Shown: piece by piece, positions 46,643 to 57,436 of the stretch
How positions within the stretch are numbered: position 1 is the stretch's first letter
Layout of the letters: every line of letters begins with the position of its first letter
Program-made: the position numbers and the translations under genes
The notes under the pieces: model-generated
Databases searched by the model: none
What the model saw: the letters and a program-made list of their open reading frames with translations, nothing else
What the model was told of the DNA's origin: nothing
Source: an uncultured delta proteobacterium
Lineage (GTDB): Bacteria; Myxococcota_A; Polyangia; Polyangiales; Polyangiaceae
DNA: 64,000 bases
Assembly: GCA_963716725.1 (NCBI GenBank)
Contig: CAVQUB010000027.1
Coordinates: forward strand, 64,001-128,000
Direction of reading: 5' to 3'

Positions 46643-48219
46643 CTACTCCATTCCCGCTCGAGCGGCGGTACTCGTCGAGCCCGGGATCGGCAGGCTGACG
46701 TGCCCGCCGCCGCCGCCGAGCGCAGCAGCAGTCCACCTCGCACGCCAGGCACTCGATGCAGCGGCCCTTGCGCCGCCTCGGCCGGGTGACGTTGAGCACC
46801 GGCAGGCCGTCGTCGTCGAGCTTGAGGATCTGCGGCACGCACGCGGTGACGCAGATCTTCGACTCGCAGGCGGCGCACACCGCGTGGTCGTAGCGTGATC
46901 TCACCCGTGGGCGTGGCGAAGCGGTACGGCCGCTCGGCGGCCGCCGGTCGCGTGCGAACGCGGCGGCTTCGCAGGAGCGCACTGCCGTGCGACCAGCTCG
47001 GCGCAGGCCGGACGGCACAGTCGTCGACCGGGGTGTCCTTCCCGTAGCACTCGACCGGCACGCCGAGGTCGATCGGTGAACGCGGTGAGGATCTCGATCG
47101 CCTTCTCCTCGCCGTTGCCGCCCAGCCGCATCACGGCGCGGGACGCGCGAGCGGCTCCTCCCGGAACGCCTTGACCAGGCCGCGCGCCGAGTGGAACTGC
47201 TCCTGCGACGCCACCCCCGAGCCGGAGCCGAAGTAGCCGTCGACGCCCGGCTGCGAGAGCAGCACCCGGGCGGCACGGTAGACCTTGGAGGCGGGCGGGT
47301 TGCCGGAGGTGTCGCAGAAGTTGGCGACGCTGAAAAGCCGCGGCGCTGCAGCGCGTCCATGGCCATCATCGAGCCGCCGCCGCCGGCGCCGTGGAACGCC
47401 ACGACGCCGCTCGCCGCGGGCGAAGTCGATCGCGCATCTGGATGAAGTAGAAGGTGCCGCGGTAGTCGTCCCGTTCGACCTCCCAGGCGATGCGCTCGAG
47501 CTCGGTCGGGCGGATGGCCCAGCTCGCGGGCCACCTCGATGCCGAGCTCCGGGTGGCGGAACACCGCGGCGTCGTCCACGGTGATGCGGCAGTCGAGCGC
47601 CATCGACGCGCCCGTCGCTCGTCATGCACCAGCGGGTTGATCTCGGCGGCGCGGGCCTCGACGCTGCGCGCCACACGCCACAGCGTCGCACCGTCGCCTG
47701 GGCCAGTTCGCGCATCTCGCGACCGCCCACGCCGACGCCGTCGCCACCGCTCGCGGGCGTCTGGTCGGCCAGACCCCTCGACCGGGTCGACCGGAAGCTC
47801 GGCCACGGCCTCGGGTGCTCCTTGGCGATCTCTTCGATGCCGGTGCCGCCCCGGGCCGACACCAGGAGCGACGGGACACCGGCGACGATCGTCCAGGACG
47901 ATGCCCGCGTAGCACTCACGGACGACCTCCAGACGTTCCTCGACCAGCACCTCGGTGATCGGAGAAGTTGCGGATCCTGCGGCCGAGGATCTCCCGGCGG
48001 CCACCTGCTCGGCGCTCCGCCGGGGAGGCGACGAAGGCGGATCAGACCCCTGGCCTGCGCGACCGGTGGTCTACGCCTGACCCTTGACGACCACCGGGCC
48101 GCCGAGCCGGCGCGCGGCGGCGCCGCGGCGGCGGCGGTGTAGGCCACCTCGCCGCGCGGCACCGACACACCGGCCTCGGCAAGCATCTGCTTTCCCTGGA
48201 ATTCGGCGAGTCGCGCCAC
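46643..48219 (-). CDS. Succinyl-CoA-ligase beta-like ATP-grasp subunit with C-terminal 4Fe-4S dicluster domain (frameshifted)
   Basis: MARLAEFQGKQML, GGTGIEE, AEINPLV, GAGGGGSM, ANFCDTSGNPPASKVYRAA, RLGGNGEE, then CAACESKICVTAC and CIECLACEVDC. Confidence 0.8.
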
Positions 48220-48355
48220 TGCGGCCCTCCCTCAGGCGCCCGGACCGGTAACGCTACGCGACCGTCATGGGGGTGTCAAGCGAAACACCAGCCGCGGCGC
48301 GCCCCGCCGAGGCTGGTGTTTCACGGTTATCATGGTGCGTCGGCTGGAGGGAGCC

Positions 48356-48934
48356 ATGCAGCGTCACGCGGTGTCGCCCGGGTCGTGCTACTTCTACTAT
48401 CCCCGCCTGGTGGTGGTCGTCGGAGTCCGGGACGACGCCAAGACGACTGTCAACTTCGCGCCGGTGGCCTGGGCATCGCCGCTCTCGTCCGATCCGCCGC
48501 TGTTCGGCGTCTGCCTCTCGCCGCGCACCTACACCCACCAGCTCGTGCTCAAGACCGGCGAGTTCACGGTCAACTTCCTCAGGCACGCGGACGCCGCTCT
48601 GGCGGCCGAGTTCGGCCGCCTGTCCGGCCGCGAAACCGACAAGGTCAAGGCGCTCTCGATCGAGCTCGAGCCGGGCGAGGCGCTGCAGACGCCTTCGCTC
48701 GGCGCCGCCTACGCCTCGGCCGAGTGTCTGCTCCTCGACCGCCACCACGTCGGCGACCAGACGCTGTTCGTGGGTGAGGTTCAGCTCATCCACGCCGACG
48801 CCGACGCCTTCGACTCCGACGGCGTCCTCAGGCTGGAGCGCGCCGCCCCGCTGCTCTACCTCGGCGGCTCCCGCTACGTCACGACCGCGCCGGAGACGGT
48901 CGCCCGGCCGCAGGGGACGGTGGCGGCGAAGTAG
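48356..48934 (+). CDS. Flavin reductase family protein
   Basis: NFAPVAW...PPLFGV, GEFTVNF, SGRETDK, GDQTLFVGEV; GGAGG RBS. Confidence 0.9.
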   Translation: MQRHAVSPGSCYFYYPRLVVVVGVRDDAKTTVNFAPVAWASPLSSDPPLFGVCLSPRTYTHQLVLKTGEFTVNFLRHADAALAAEFGRLSGRETDKVKALSIELEPGEALQTPSLGAAYASAECLLLDRHHVGDQTLFVGEVQLIHADADAFDSDGVLRLERAAPLLYLGGSRYVTTAPETVARPQGTVAAK

Positions 48935-48969
48935 CCGTCTCGCGCGCTGCCGTCGCCTCTGCCTCGTGC

Positions 48970-49968
48970 CTATTTTTGCGGTGCGCCGCTCGGCGCGGCG
49001 AGCGCGGTCGTGGCCAGCATGCCGCCGAGGCCCATGGTCTCGACCGCGGACGACGGCACGATCACCATGCTGCCCTTCTCCTTGATCGCCTCGTAGAGCA
49101 TGTTCATGGCCCGCAGGTGCAGGGCGATCGGGTTGTCCTTGTAGAGCTCCGAGGCGCTTGGCGAACGTGCTCGGCGATCTCGGTCTCGGCGGTGCCGAGG
49201 ATGATGCGCGCCTGCCGCTCGCGCTCGGCCTGGGCCTGGCGCGACATGGCGTCCTCGAGGTCGGCCGGGATCCGCACGTCGCGGATCTCGACCGACTGGA
49301 CGGTGATCCCCCAGGGGTTGGTCTTCTCGTCGAGGATCTGCTGGCAGCTCGCTGGCCGAGCTTGTCGCGCTCGGTGATCATCTCGGCCAGATCGTGGCGG
49401 CCGATCGCCTCGCGCAGCGCCGTCTGCGACGCGAGGAAGATGGCGTCGAAGAACGACTGCACCTCGAGGATCGCCTTCTCCGCGTCCCACACCAGCCAGA
49501 AGACGATGGCGTCGACGTTGACCGGCACGGTGTCGCGGGTCAGCGCCGACTCGGCGGTCACGTCGGTGGCGCGCACTCGCTGGTCGACGAGATGGGAGAT
49601 CATGTCGACGATCGGGATGATCCAGAACAACCCCGGCCCCCGCAGGCCGCGGAACTTGCCGAAGCGCAGGACCACGGCCTTCTCCCACTGGTCCACCACC
49701 TTGATGGAGAACATCAGCGCGAGACCGAGGAGGATGCCCGGGAAGATGATCGCCGGCGCCACCGCAGTCCTCGCGGGTGCTCTCGGAGACGATCACCGCG
49801 ACCGGGATCGTCACCACCCACACCACGATCGCCACCGCGAGCGAGAACCCGTTGACGAAACGCCGTGAGTCGACCGCCCTGGTCGGTGCCGATCTGACCG
49901 ACCTTGACCTTCTCCTCCTCCTCCTTCTTCTCCTTCGCCTTCTTCACTGCCGCTATCACCGGGATCAT
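48970..49968 (-). CDS. SPFH/stomatin (slipin) family membrane protein (frameshifted)
   Basis: QWEKAVVLRFGK, GPGLFWIIP, LTRDTVPVNVDAIVFW, WGITVQSVEIRDV, MSRQAQAERERQAR. Confidence 0.88.
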
Positions 49969-50150
49969 TGCCTCCTCCTTTGCGACGGTCCTATCTGCCG
50001 CCGCGCTGTCGCGAGAAACCAGAAGTAGACCGCCAGACACGTTCCGAGCACGAGCGCGAGTCCGGCCGCCGGAATCGTTCTCGCCACCTCGGCCGTGATA
50101 CCGGCGGCCAAGACGAGCACGCCTGCAACGCGCAGCACCGCGTCCATCAC
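49965..50150 (-). CDS. Small two-TM membrane protein
   Basis: 61 aa, hydrophobic; overlaps the GntR stop and the SPFH start by 4 bp each; GAGGAG RBS. Confidence 0.6.
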   Translation of the reverse strand: MMDAVLRVAGVLVLAAGITAEVARTIPAAGLALVLGTCLAVYFWFLATARRQIGPSQRRRQ

Positions 50151-50538
50151 CGACTCCTCCCCAACCTGTTTTCGATCTCCGTGACAAGCTCGACCGGCGT
50201 CAGGCCGAGCCCCGCGGCGCGCGCCAGGAGCTCGTCGACCACCTGCACGACCTTGCGTCGCCGCTCCACTCGTCGTGCTCCACCACTGCCGTTCCGATGA
50301 ACGTCCCGGACCCCTGCTGGGTCGTGACCACGCCTCGAATCTCCAGCTCCTTGTAGGCCTTGGCCACGGTGTTGAGGTTCACCTTGAGATCCACCGCCAG
50401 CGCCCGGACCGTCGGGAGCTGCTCGCCGGGCCGCAGCGCGCGGGTGGCGATGCCGCCGAGGATCTGGTCGATGACCTGGCGGTAGAACGGGACGCCGGTC
50501 GCGCTATCGAGGCGGAAGGTGATTGGCATCGGATTCAC
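50147..50538 (-). CDS. GntR family (YtrA subfamily) regulator; frameshift at ~50270
   Basis: PFYRQV...LRPGEQLPTVRALAVDLKVNLNTVAKAYKELE..G.GTF; short helical C-terminus. Confidence 0.9.
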
Positions 50539-50567
50539 CCCTTGTCATAGTTCACCATAACACTAGC

Positions 50568-50596
50568 ACATTAAATCCCGGTGGGCGGTCTGTCAA
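50568..50596 (-). promoter_or_regulatory. Sigma70-type promoter for the gntR-SPFH operon
   Basis: Minus strand TTGACA (50596-50591), 17-nt spacer, TAATGT (50573-50568) in an AT-rich patch. Confidence 0.6.
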
Positions 50597-50735
50597 GGGG
50601 GCTCGCAGGAGACCCTCGCGAAGGGCGCGCGACTCCTGCCAGAGCAGTGGGAGAAACGGCCTGGGACGGACTATCCACTGCTGATGACTGGTTGTACGGT
50701 GTACCGTTAGGCTCCGCGGACCGGCAACGGCACTG

Positions 50736-51587
50736 ATGAGAACCTCACTCTTGACTGCGCTGGCGATGCTGGCGTTCGCGGCCAACTCGGTCCTGTGCCG
50801 CCTGGCGCTCGACGACGGGGCGATCGACCCGACCTCGTTCGCCGGGGTTCGGCTCCTCTCCGGAGCGGTCGCCCTCCTCGTCATCGTCCGCATGCGCGGC
50901 TCTCGCGCCGGCGGCGACTGGCGGTCGGGCCTCGCGCTGGCGCTGTACGCGGTGCCCTTCTCGCTCGCCTACGTCTCGCTCGCGGCGGGTACCGGAGCTC
51001 TCATCCTGTTCGCGGCGGTCCAGACGACGATGGTCGGCGCCGGTCTCATCGCCGGCGAGCGTCCCGACCGCCTCGAGTGGATCGGGCTCGCTGCCGCGCT
51101 CGTGGGCCTGGTCGTTCTCGTAGCCCCAGGCCTCGCGCGGCCGTCGCTCGCCGGCGCCGCGACGATGGCGATCGCGGGGGTCTCCTGGGGCGTCTACTCG
51201 CTCCGCGGCCGTCGGGCGTCCGCACCGATCGCCGAGACCGCCGGCAACTTCGCGTGGTCGCTGCCGTTCGCCGCCCTCGCAGTCGCCGCCACGGTCGCCC
51301 TCGACACCGTGCAGATGGGCGCGCGCGGCGTGCTCCTGGCTACCATCTCGGGAGCGCTCACCTCCGGGGTCGGTTACGTGCTCTGGTATGCCGCGCTGGC
51401 CCACCTGACGGCGACCCGCGCCGCACTGGTTCAGCTCGTCGTGCCCGTGCTCGCCGCCGGCGGCGGCGCGCTCTTCCTGAGCGAGCCGGTCACCGGCCGC
51501 CTGGTCGCCGCCGCGGCGTTCATCCTGGGCGGCTTGTGGCTTGCCGGGCGCTCGCCCCGACGCTGCGTGCCGGCGGACGGACGGTAG
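50736..51587 (+). CDS. DMT/EamA family transporter
   Basis: About 10 TM; AFAANSVLCR, GALILFAAVQ, GYVLWYAAL, LSEP. Confidence 0.88.
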   Translation: MRTSLLTALAMLAFAANSVLCRLALDDGAIDPTSFAGVRLLSGAVALLVIVRMRGSRAGGDWRSGLALALYAVPFSLAYVSLAAGTGALILFAAVQTTMVGAGLIAGERPDRLEWIGLAAALVGLVVLVAPGLARPSLAGAATMAIAGVSWGVYSLRGRRASAPIAETAGNFAWSLPFAALAVAATVALDTVQMGARGVLLATISGALTSGVGYVLWYAALAHLTATRAALVQLVVPVLAAGGGALFLSEPVTGRLVAAAAFILGGLWLAGRSPRRCVPADGR

Positions 51588-52407
51588 CGGCGAGGACGCC
51601 GAGCACCACCAGCGCACCACCCGCGATCAACGATGCGGTGACCTCGTCCGCGCCGGCGAGCACCGAGACCACGGCGGCGACCACCGGCTCGAAGGCGAGC
51701 ACGAGGGCGGTCTCGGCGGCGGTCAACGCCCGCTGCGCCTCTGCCATCGCCCAGAACGCCGCGACAGTGGCGAGCACCCCGGTGATCGCGAGCGCGGCGA
51801 CGGTCCAGGCGGCGAACGTCACCTGCCATCCGGTGGCCGCTGCCGCCGGGATCGCCAGAGCGGCGGTGGCCAGCACCTGGGTGGCGTTGACGGTCGCCGG
51901 CGACGACCGCCGCACCGCGCCCTGAATGAAGATGCCGTGAAACGCAAACGCCACCGCGCACCCGAGCGTCAGCCAGTCGCCCGCTGTCGGCGGCGTCGCC
52001 TCCGGCCTGAGCAACACTGCGAGACCGGCGATGGAGACAAGAGCGCCGGCGAGCGCGCGCCACGAGCGCCGGTTGATGCCGAAGGCCGGCTCCAGCACCG
52101 GCACCAGTACGACCGAGAGCGCGGTGAGGAACGCCGAGCGCGCCGGCGTCGTGGTCGCGAGGCCGATCGTCTGGAACGCGTAGCCGGCAAACAGCGCCAC
52201 CCCGCACGCGTACGGCCACCAGGACCGCGGGAGCCTCACCCCGCGCGAGCGCAGCAGCGGCAGCAGCACCGCGGCAGCGATCAGGAAGCGCAGCGCCAGG
52301 AAGGTCATCGGCGAGCACCCTGCCAGGCCGCGCTTCACCACGATGAAGGTCGCACCCCATGTGCACGTTGCAGCAACGAGAAGCGCGAACGCCCGCACCC
52401 GGCCCAT
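51520..52407 (-). CDS. DMT/EamA family transporter
   Basis: [42 protein letters not shown]; 3' end overlaps the convergent DMT gene. Confidence 0.88.
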   Translation of the reverse strand: MGRVRAFALLVAATCTWGATFIVVKRGLAGCSPMTFLALRFLIAAAVLLPLLRSRGVRLPRSWWPYACGVALFAGYAFQTIGLATTTPARSAFLTALSVVLVPVLEPAFGINRRSWRALAGALVSIAGLAVLLRPEATPPTAGDWLTLGCAVAFAFHGIFIQGAVRRSSPATVNATQVLATAALAIPAAAATGWQVTFAAWTVAALAITGVLATVAAFWAMAEAQRALTAAETALVLAFEPVVAAVVSVLAGADEVTASLIAGGALVVLGVLAATVRPPARSVGASARQATSRPG

Positions 52408-52480
52408 TGTCTTCACTCTATCCTCAACCGCTTGGCTTCGGCCACCCCGCGCTATCATCTGCCGCAGGGACGGGCAGGCG

Positions 52481-53141
52481 ATGGAAAAGGTGGTGTGCAT
52501 CGGGGTTGCGGGCGGCACCGGTTCAGGAAAGACGACGGTCGCCGAGGCGATCGTCACGCGCATCGGTCGGGAGCGCATCGCGTACCTGCAGCACGACTCG
52601 TACTACCGCGACCTCTCCGGCCACCAGCAGCGGCACCTGCTGCACCACAACTTCGATCACCCCGACGCGCTCGAAAGCGAGCTGCTGGTGGATCTATCGG
52701 CGGAGCTCAAGGCCGGCCAGCCGATCGCGGTGCCGATCTACGACTTCACCCGCCACGTTCGGACCGACGCGAACCCGGACGGTGGATACCCGCGGCGTCA
52801 TCCTCGTCGAGGGGATCCTGATCTTCGCCGAGCGATCGCTGCGCGAGCAGTTCGACATCAAGATCTTCGTCGACACCGACGCCGACCTCCGGCTGATCCG
52901 GCGGCTGCGCCGCGACATCGCCGAGCGCGGCCGCAGCGCCGACACCGTCGTCAATCAGTACCTGGAGACGGTGCGGCCGATGCACCTGGAGTTCGTCGAG
53001 CCGTCGAAGCGATGGGCGGACCTGATCATCCCCGAAGGAGGGTTCAACCCGGTCGCGCTCGACGTCATCTGCGCCCGGGTCGAGGCGCTGCTGGGCCCCA
53101 ATGAAGGAAGGCAACAGGCAACAGGCAACAGGCAACGTTAG
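52481..53141 (+). CDS. udk: Uridine kinase; frameshift at ~52770
   Basis: [64 protein letters not shown]. Confidence 0.93.
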
Positions 53142-53202
53142 GAAGGTGCTCTTCTCGTTCTGTTTCTTCTTACTGTTGCCTGTTGCCTGCTGCCTGCTCC
53201 TA
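53110..53202. repeat. Inverted pair of heptamer (GGCAACA) arrays between convergent udk and hfq
   Basis: ggcaaca x~4 at 53110-53136 and tgttgcc tgttgcc tgctgcc tgctcc at 53174-53200. Confidence 0.75.
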
Positions 53203-53574
53203 AGGGATTTGCGGCTCGCGGCCACGCCGGCGGCGCTGGCGGAGCTCCTCCTCTTCCTTGAACATGTAGCGGATGGAGTGCTTGTAGATCATGAGGTTGG
53301 GACCATCGTGGCGGTTGAGCTTGATGCAGTCCTTGTCGTACCACTCGATCCAGCCGTGCAGCTCGGTGCCGTCGTCGAGCACCACGACCATCGCCGTCTT
53401 GTTCTGCATCTGCTTGATGAAGTAGTAGTTCTCGGCGTTGGTCTGCTCCGGCGGCGCCTGCTTGCGGTGCACGCCGCTCCGCATCGGGACGCGGTCCGAA
53501 ACGTCCGAGATGGAGGGCCGGATCAGCCGGCGGCTGGTCAGGGCATCACCCTGGAAACGCTCGCTATCTCTCAT
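53200..53574 (-). CDS. hfq: Hfq-like RNA chaperone (Sm fold)
   Basis: VVVLDDGTELHGWIEWYDKDCIKL (Sm1) and LMIYKHSIRY (Sm2 YKH). Confidence 0.8.
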   Translation of the reverse strand: MRDSERFQGDALTSRRLIRPSISDVSDRVPMRSGVHRKQAPPEQTNAENYYFIKQMQNKTAMVVVLDDGTELHGWIEWYDKDCIKLNRHDGPNLMIYKHSIRYMFKEEEELRQRRRRGREPQIP

Positions 53575-53652
53575 ATGACCATCGTTCTTCTACCGGGACT
53601 ATACCACCTCGCGTAGCCTCTTTCCAGCATACGACGCTCGCCATCGCCGAGT

Positions 53653-54357
53653 TTAGGAGTCGCGCGACGAGCGCGAACGCCCTGCGCCGGGGGGAGCCTC
53701 GTGCGCCAGGCAGCACATCAGCCGGCCGCACATGCCGGAGATCCTCGCCGGGTTGAGCGAGAGGTTCTGCGCCTTTGCCATGCGAATCGAGATCGAGGCG
53801 AAGCGCGTCATGTGCGAGCTGCAGCACAGCGTCCGGCCGCACGGTCCCCACCCCGCCGCGTGCTTGGCCTGGTCGCGGACGCCGACCTGCCGCATCTCGA
53901 CTCGGCGCCGCAACTGGCGCGAGAGCGTGCGCACGAGCTCCTTCAGGTCGACCCGCTCCTCCGCGGCGAAGGTCATGATCACGACATCACGGTCGAGGGG
54001 GACGAACGCCGCGACCGGGCGGATCGGCAGCTTCATCTCGCGAGACCGCTGGCGACAGAGCAGGAGTGCGTCCCGCTCGGCGTCGGCCAGCCGACGTGCG
54101 GCCTCGATCTCCTCCGCTGACGCGGTGCGCACCACGGTTCCGGCCGGACGGCCGGCGCCCGGCCGCACGACCGGGAGCTCGAACGCAGCGACGCGCCCCA
54201 GCCGCTCGCCGTCGCCGGTGCGGATCACGTACCACTCCCCGCTGCGAGCCGTGACCGCCTCCGTCTGCTGGCACACGCTGCCCGACCGTCCCGGCCGCGA
54301 ACGTCACGCGGACCAAGGCGGCGGCGGCGTCGGTGGCTCGAGGACTTCAGCGCTCAC
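53653..54357 (-). CDS. PSP1 C-terminal domain protein (RicT/YaaT family); 5' end frameshifted
   Basis: RVDLKELV, RVEMRQVGVRDQAK, GPCGRTLCC, MAKAQNLSLNPARISGMCGRLMCCL. Confidence 0.88.
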
Positions 54358-54856
54358 GCCCACGCCCCGCCTCGCGGCAGCGCCGCATCGGCCTCTTCGA
54401 CGGCCCGCGTCTGTGCCGCCCTCGCCTCCGCCACGCGCACCGCCAGGTCACCGTCGCCGAGCGCGAGGATCTGCGCGGCGAGGAACGCCGCGTTGCGGGC
54501 GCCCGCCTTGCCGACGGCAACCGTGGCCACCGGTACGCCAGCCGGCATCTGGACGGTGGCCAGGAGCGCGTCGAGGCCGTCGGCCACTCCCCCCGGCAGC
54601 GGCACGCCGACGACCGGGCGGGTCGTGGCTGCTGCCACCACGCCGGCGAGGTGTGCCGCCATTCCCGCGCCGCAGACGAACACCTGTACGCCGGCGCGCT
54701 CGGCGCGGCGCACCAGCTCCACCGTGCGGTCGAGCGAGCGGTGCGCCGAGGAGACGTGCGCCTCCCAGGCGATGCCGAGCTTGCCCAGCTCGCCGCCCAC
54801 CTCGCGCATGATCTCCCAGTCGCTCGCCGAGCCCATCAGGACCATCACCGCGGCAC

Positions 54857-54860
<4 letters not shown>
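54354..54860 (-). CDS. purE: N5-carboxyaminoimidazole ribonucleotide mutase
   Basis: MGSASD, SSAHRS, AGMAAHLAG, PVVGVP, VQMPAGVPVATV. Confidence 0.96.
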
Positions 54861-56129
<1,269 letters not shown>

Positions 56130-56134
<5 letters not shown>

Positions 56135-57144
56135 GTGGCGACCCCCCGTGCCAGCGCCGCCTGCAGCAGCGACAGGCACGACGTTTCTACCACGTCTTGC
56201 GCCGAGCAGCCGCGCGAGAGGTCGTTGGCCGGCCGCGCGAGGCCCTGCAGCAGCGGGCCGAGGGCCCTGCGCGCCGCCGAGCCGTTCGGTCAGCTTGTAG
56301 CCGATGTTGCCGGCGTCGAGGTCGGGGAAGACGAGCACGTTGGCGTGCCCGGCGACCGTGGAGCCCGGGCGCCTTGCGCTCCCCGATGGCCGGGGATGAG
56401 GGCGGCGTCGAGCCTGGAGCTCGCAGTCGAAGGCGAAGTCGACCGACGCGCTGCCGCGAGCACCTCGCCTGCGGCGCGCACCTTGTCGACGTGCGGGTGC
56501 TCGGCGGAGCCCTTGGTCGAGAACGACAGCAGCGCGACGCGCGGCTCGCCGCCGACGATCGCCTTGAACGTCGCCGCGGCGCCGATCGCGATGTCGGCGA
56601 GCTGCTCGGCGTCGGGGTCGGGCAGCACGGCGCAGTCGGCGAACCCCATCAGGCCGCCCTCGCCCCAGCGCGCATCGGGGTGCACCATGATGAACGACGA
56701 CGACACGGTCTTGATGCCCTGCTGCGGTCCGATGGCGTGCAGCGCCGCGCGCACCGTGTCGGCGGTCGTGCGCACCGCGCCGCCGACCGAGGCGTCGCAC
56801 TCGCCCGCGGCCACCAGCAGCGAGGCGAAGTAGAGCGGGTCGGCGAGCGCCGCCTCGCTCTGCTCGCGCGTCCACCCCTTCGGGCCGCGGCGGGAGTGCA
56901 GCAGTTCGGCGAGTTGCGACCGGCGGCTGTCGCTCGCCGGGTCGGCAACCGTCACCCCCAGGTCACGCAGCCGCGCGTGCTCCGCGGTCTCCTGTGCCGC
57001 CGGGCAAAGCGCCGTGACGCGACAGATGTCCTGCTCCCGCAGCGTCCTCGCCGCCTCGATGATGCGGACGTCGAACCCCTCTACCAGGACCACGTGGCCG
57101 CGTACGTCACGGGCGCGTTGCGCCAAGCTCTCGAGAAACCCCAT
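56130..57144 (-). CDS. pta: Phosphate acetyltransferase (frameshifted)
   Basis: [47 protein letters not shown]. Confidence 0.9.
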
Positions 57145-57253
57145 TCGCCCTCCCGATCCCCCGGCCGACATTGTACCGTCCTTTCACGAACACCTCGAAG
57201 AACCGTGCGGCCGCTTTCGGCAGCCCGCACGGAGCTTCCCGTGTGACGCCCCC

Positions 57254-57282
57254 TTGACATTGCAGCGATGCGACCGTATCGT
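57254..57282 (+). promoter_or_regulatory. Sigma70-type promoter upstream of the multiheme cytochrome operon
   Basis: TTGACA (57254-57259), 17-nt spacer, TATCGT (57277-57282). Confidence 0.6.
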
Positions 57283-57436
57283 GACGTAAGTGATGGTTAC
57301 TGGACGCTCTTTACGGCGCGACGGCATGAACGACCCCAAGGTGGGTGCCCGTATGCGCCGTTGCACCCGGGGTTTCCGGACGTAAGTTAGCGCGGCGCCT
57401 GCGTCACACAGGCCCGTGGGGGAAAGGGGTGGGACA

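Noticed and set aside
45721..48219. Ordinary sucCD
   Set aside because: Not called sucCD because of the divergent motifs, the Fe-S tail and the coupling to a lyase-like gene. It cannot be fully excluded without a tree.
50736..52407. Overlapping convergent DMT genes as an antisense regulatory system
   Set aside because: A 68-bp 3' overlap is common in GC-rich genomes and nothing else supports regulation.
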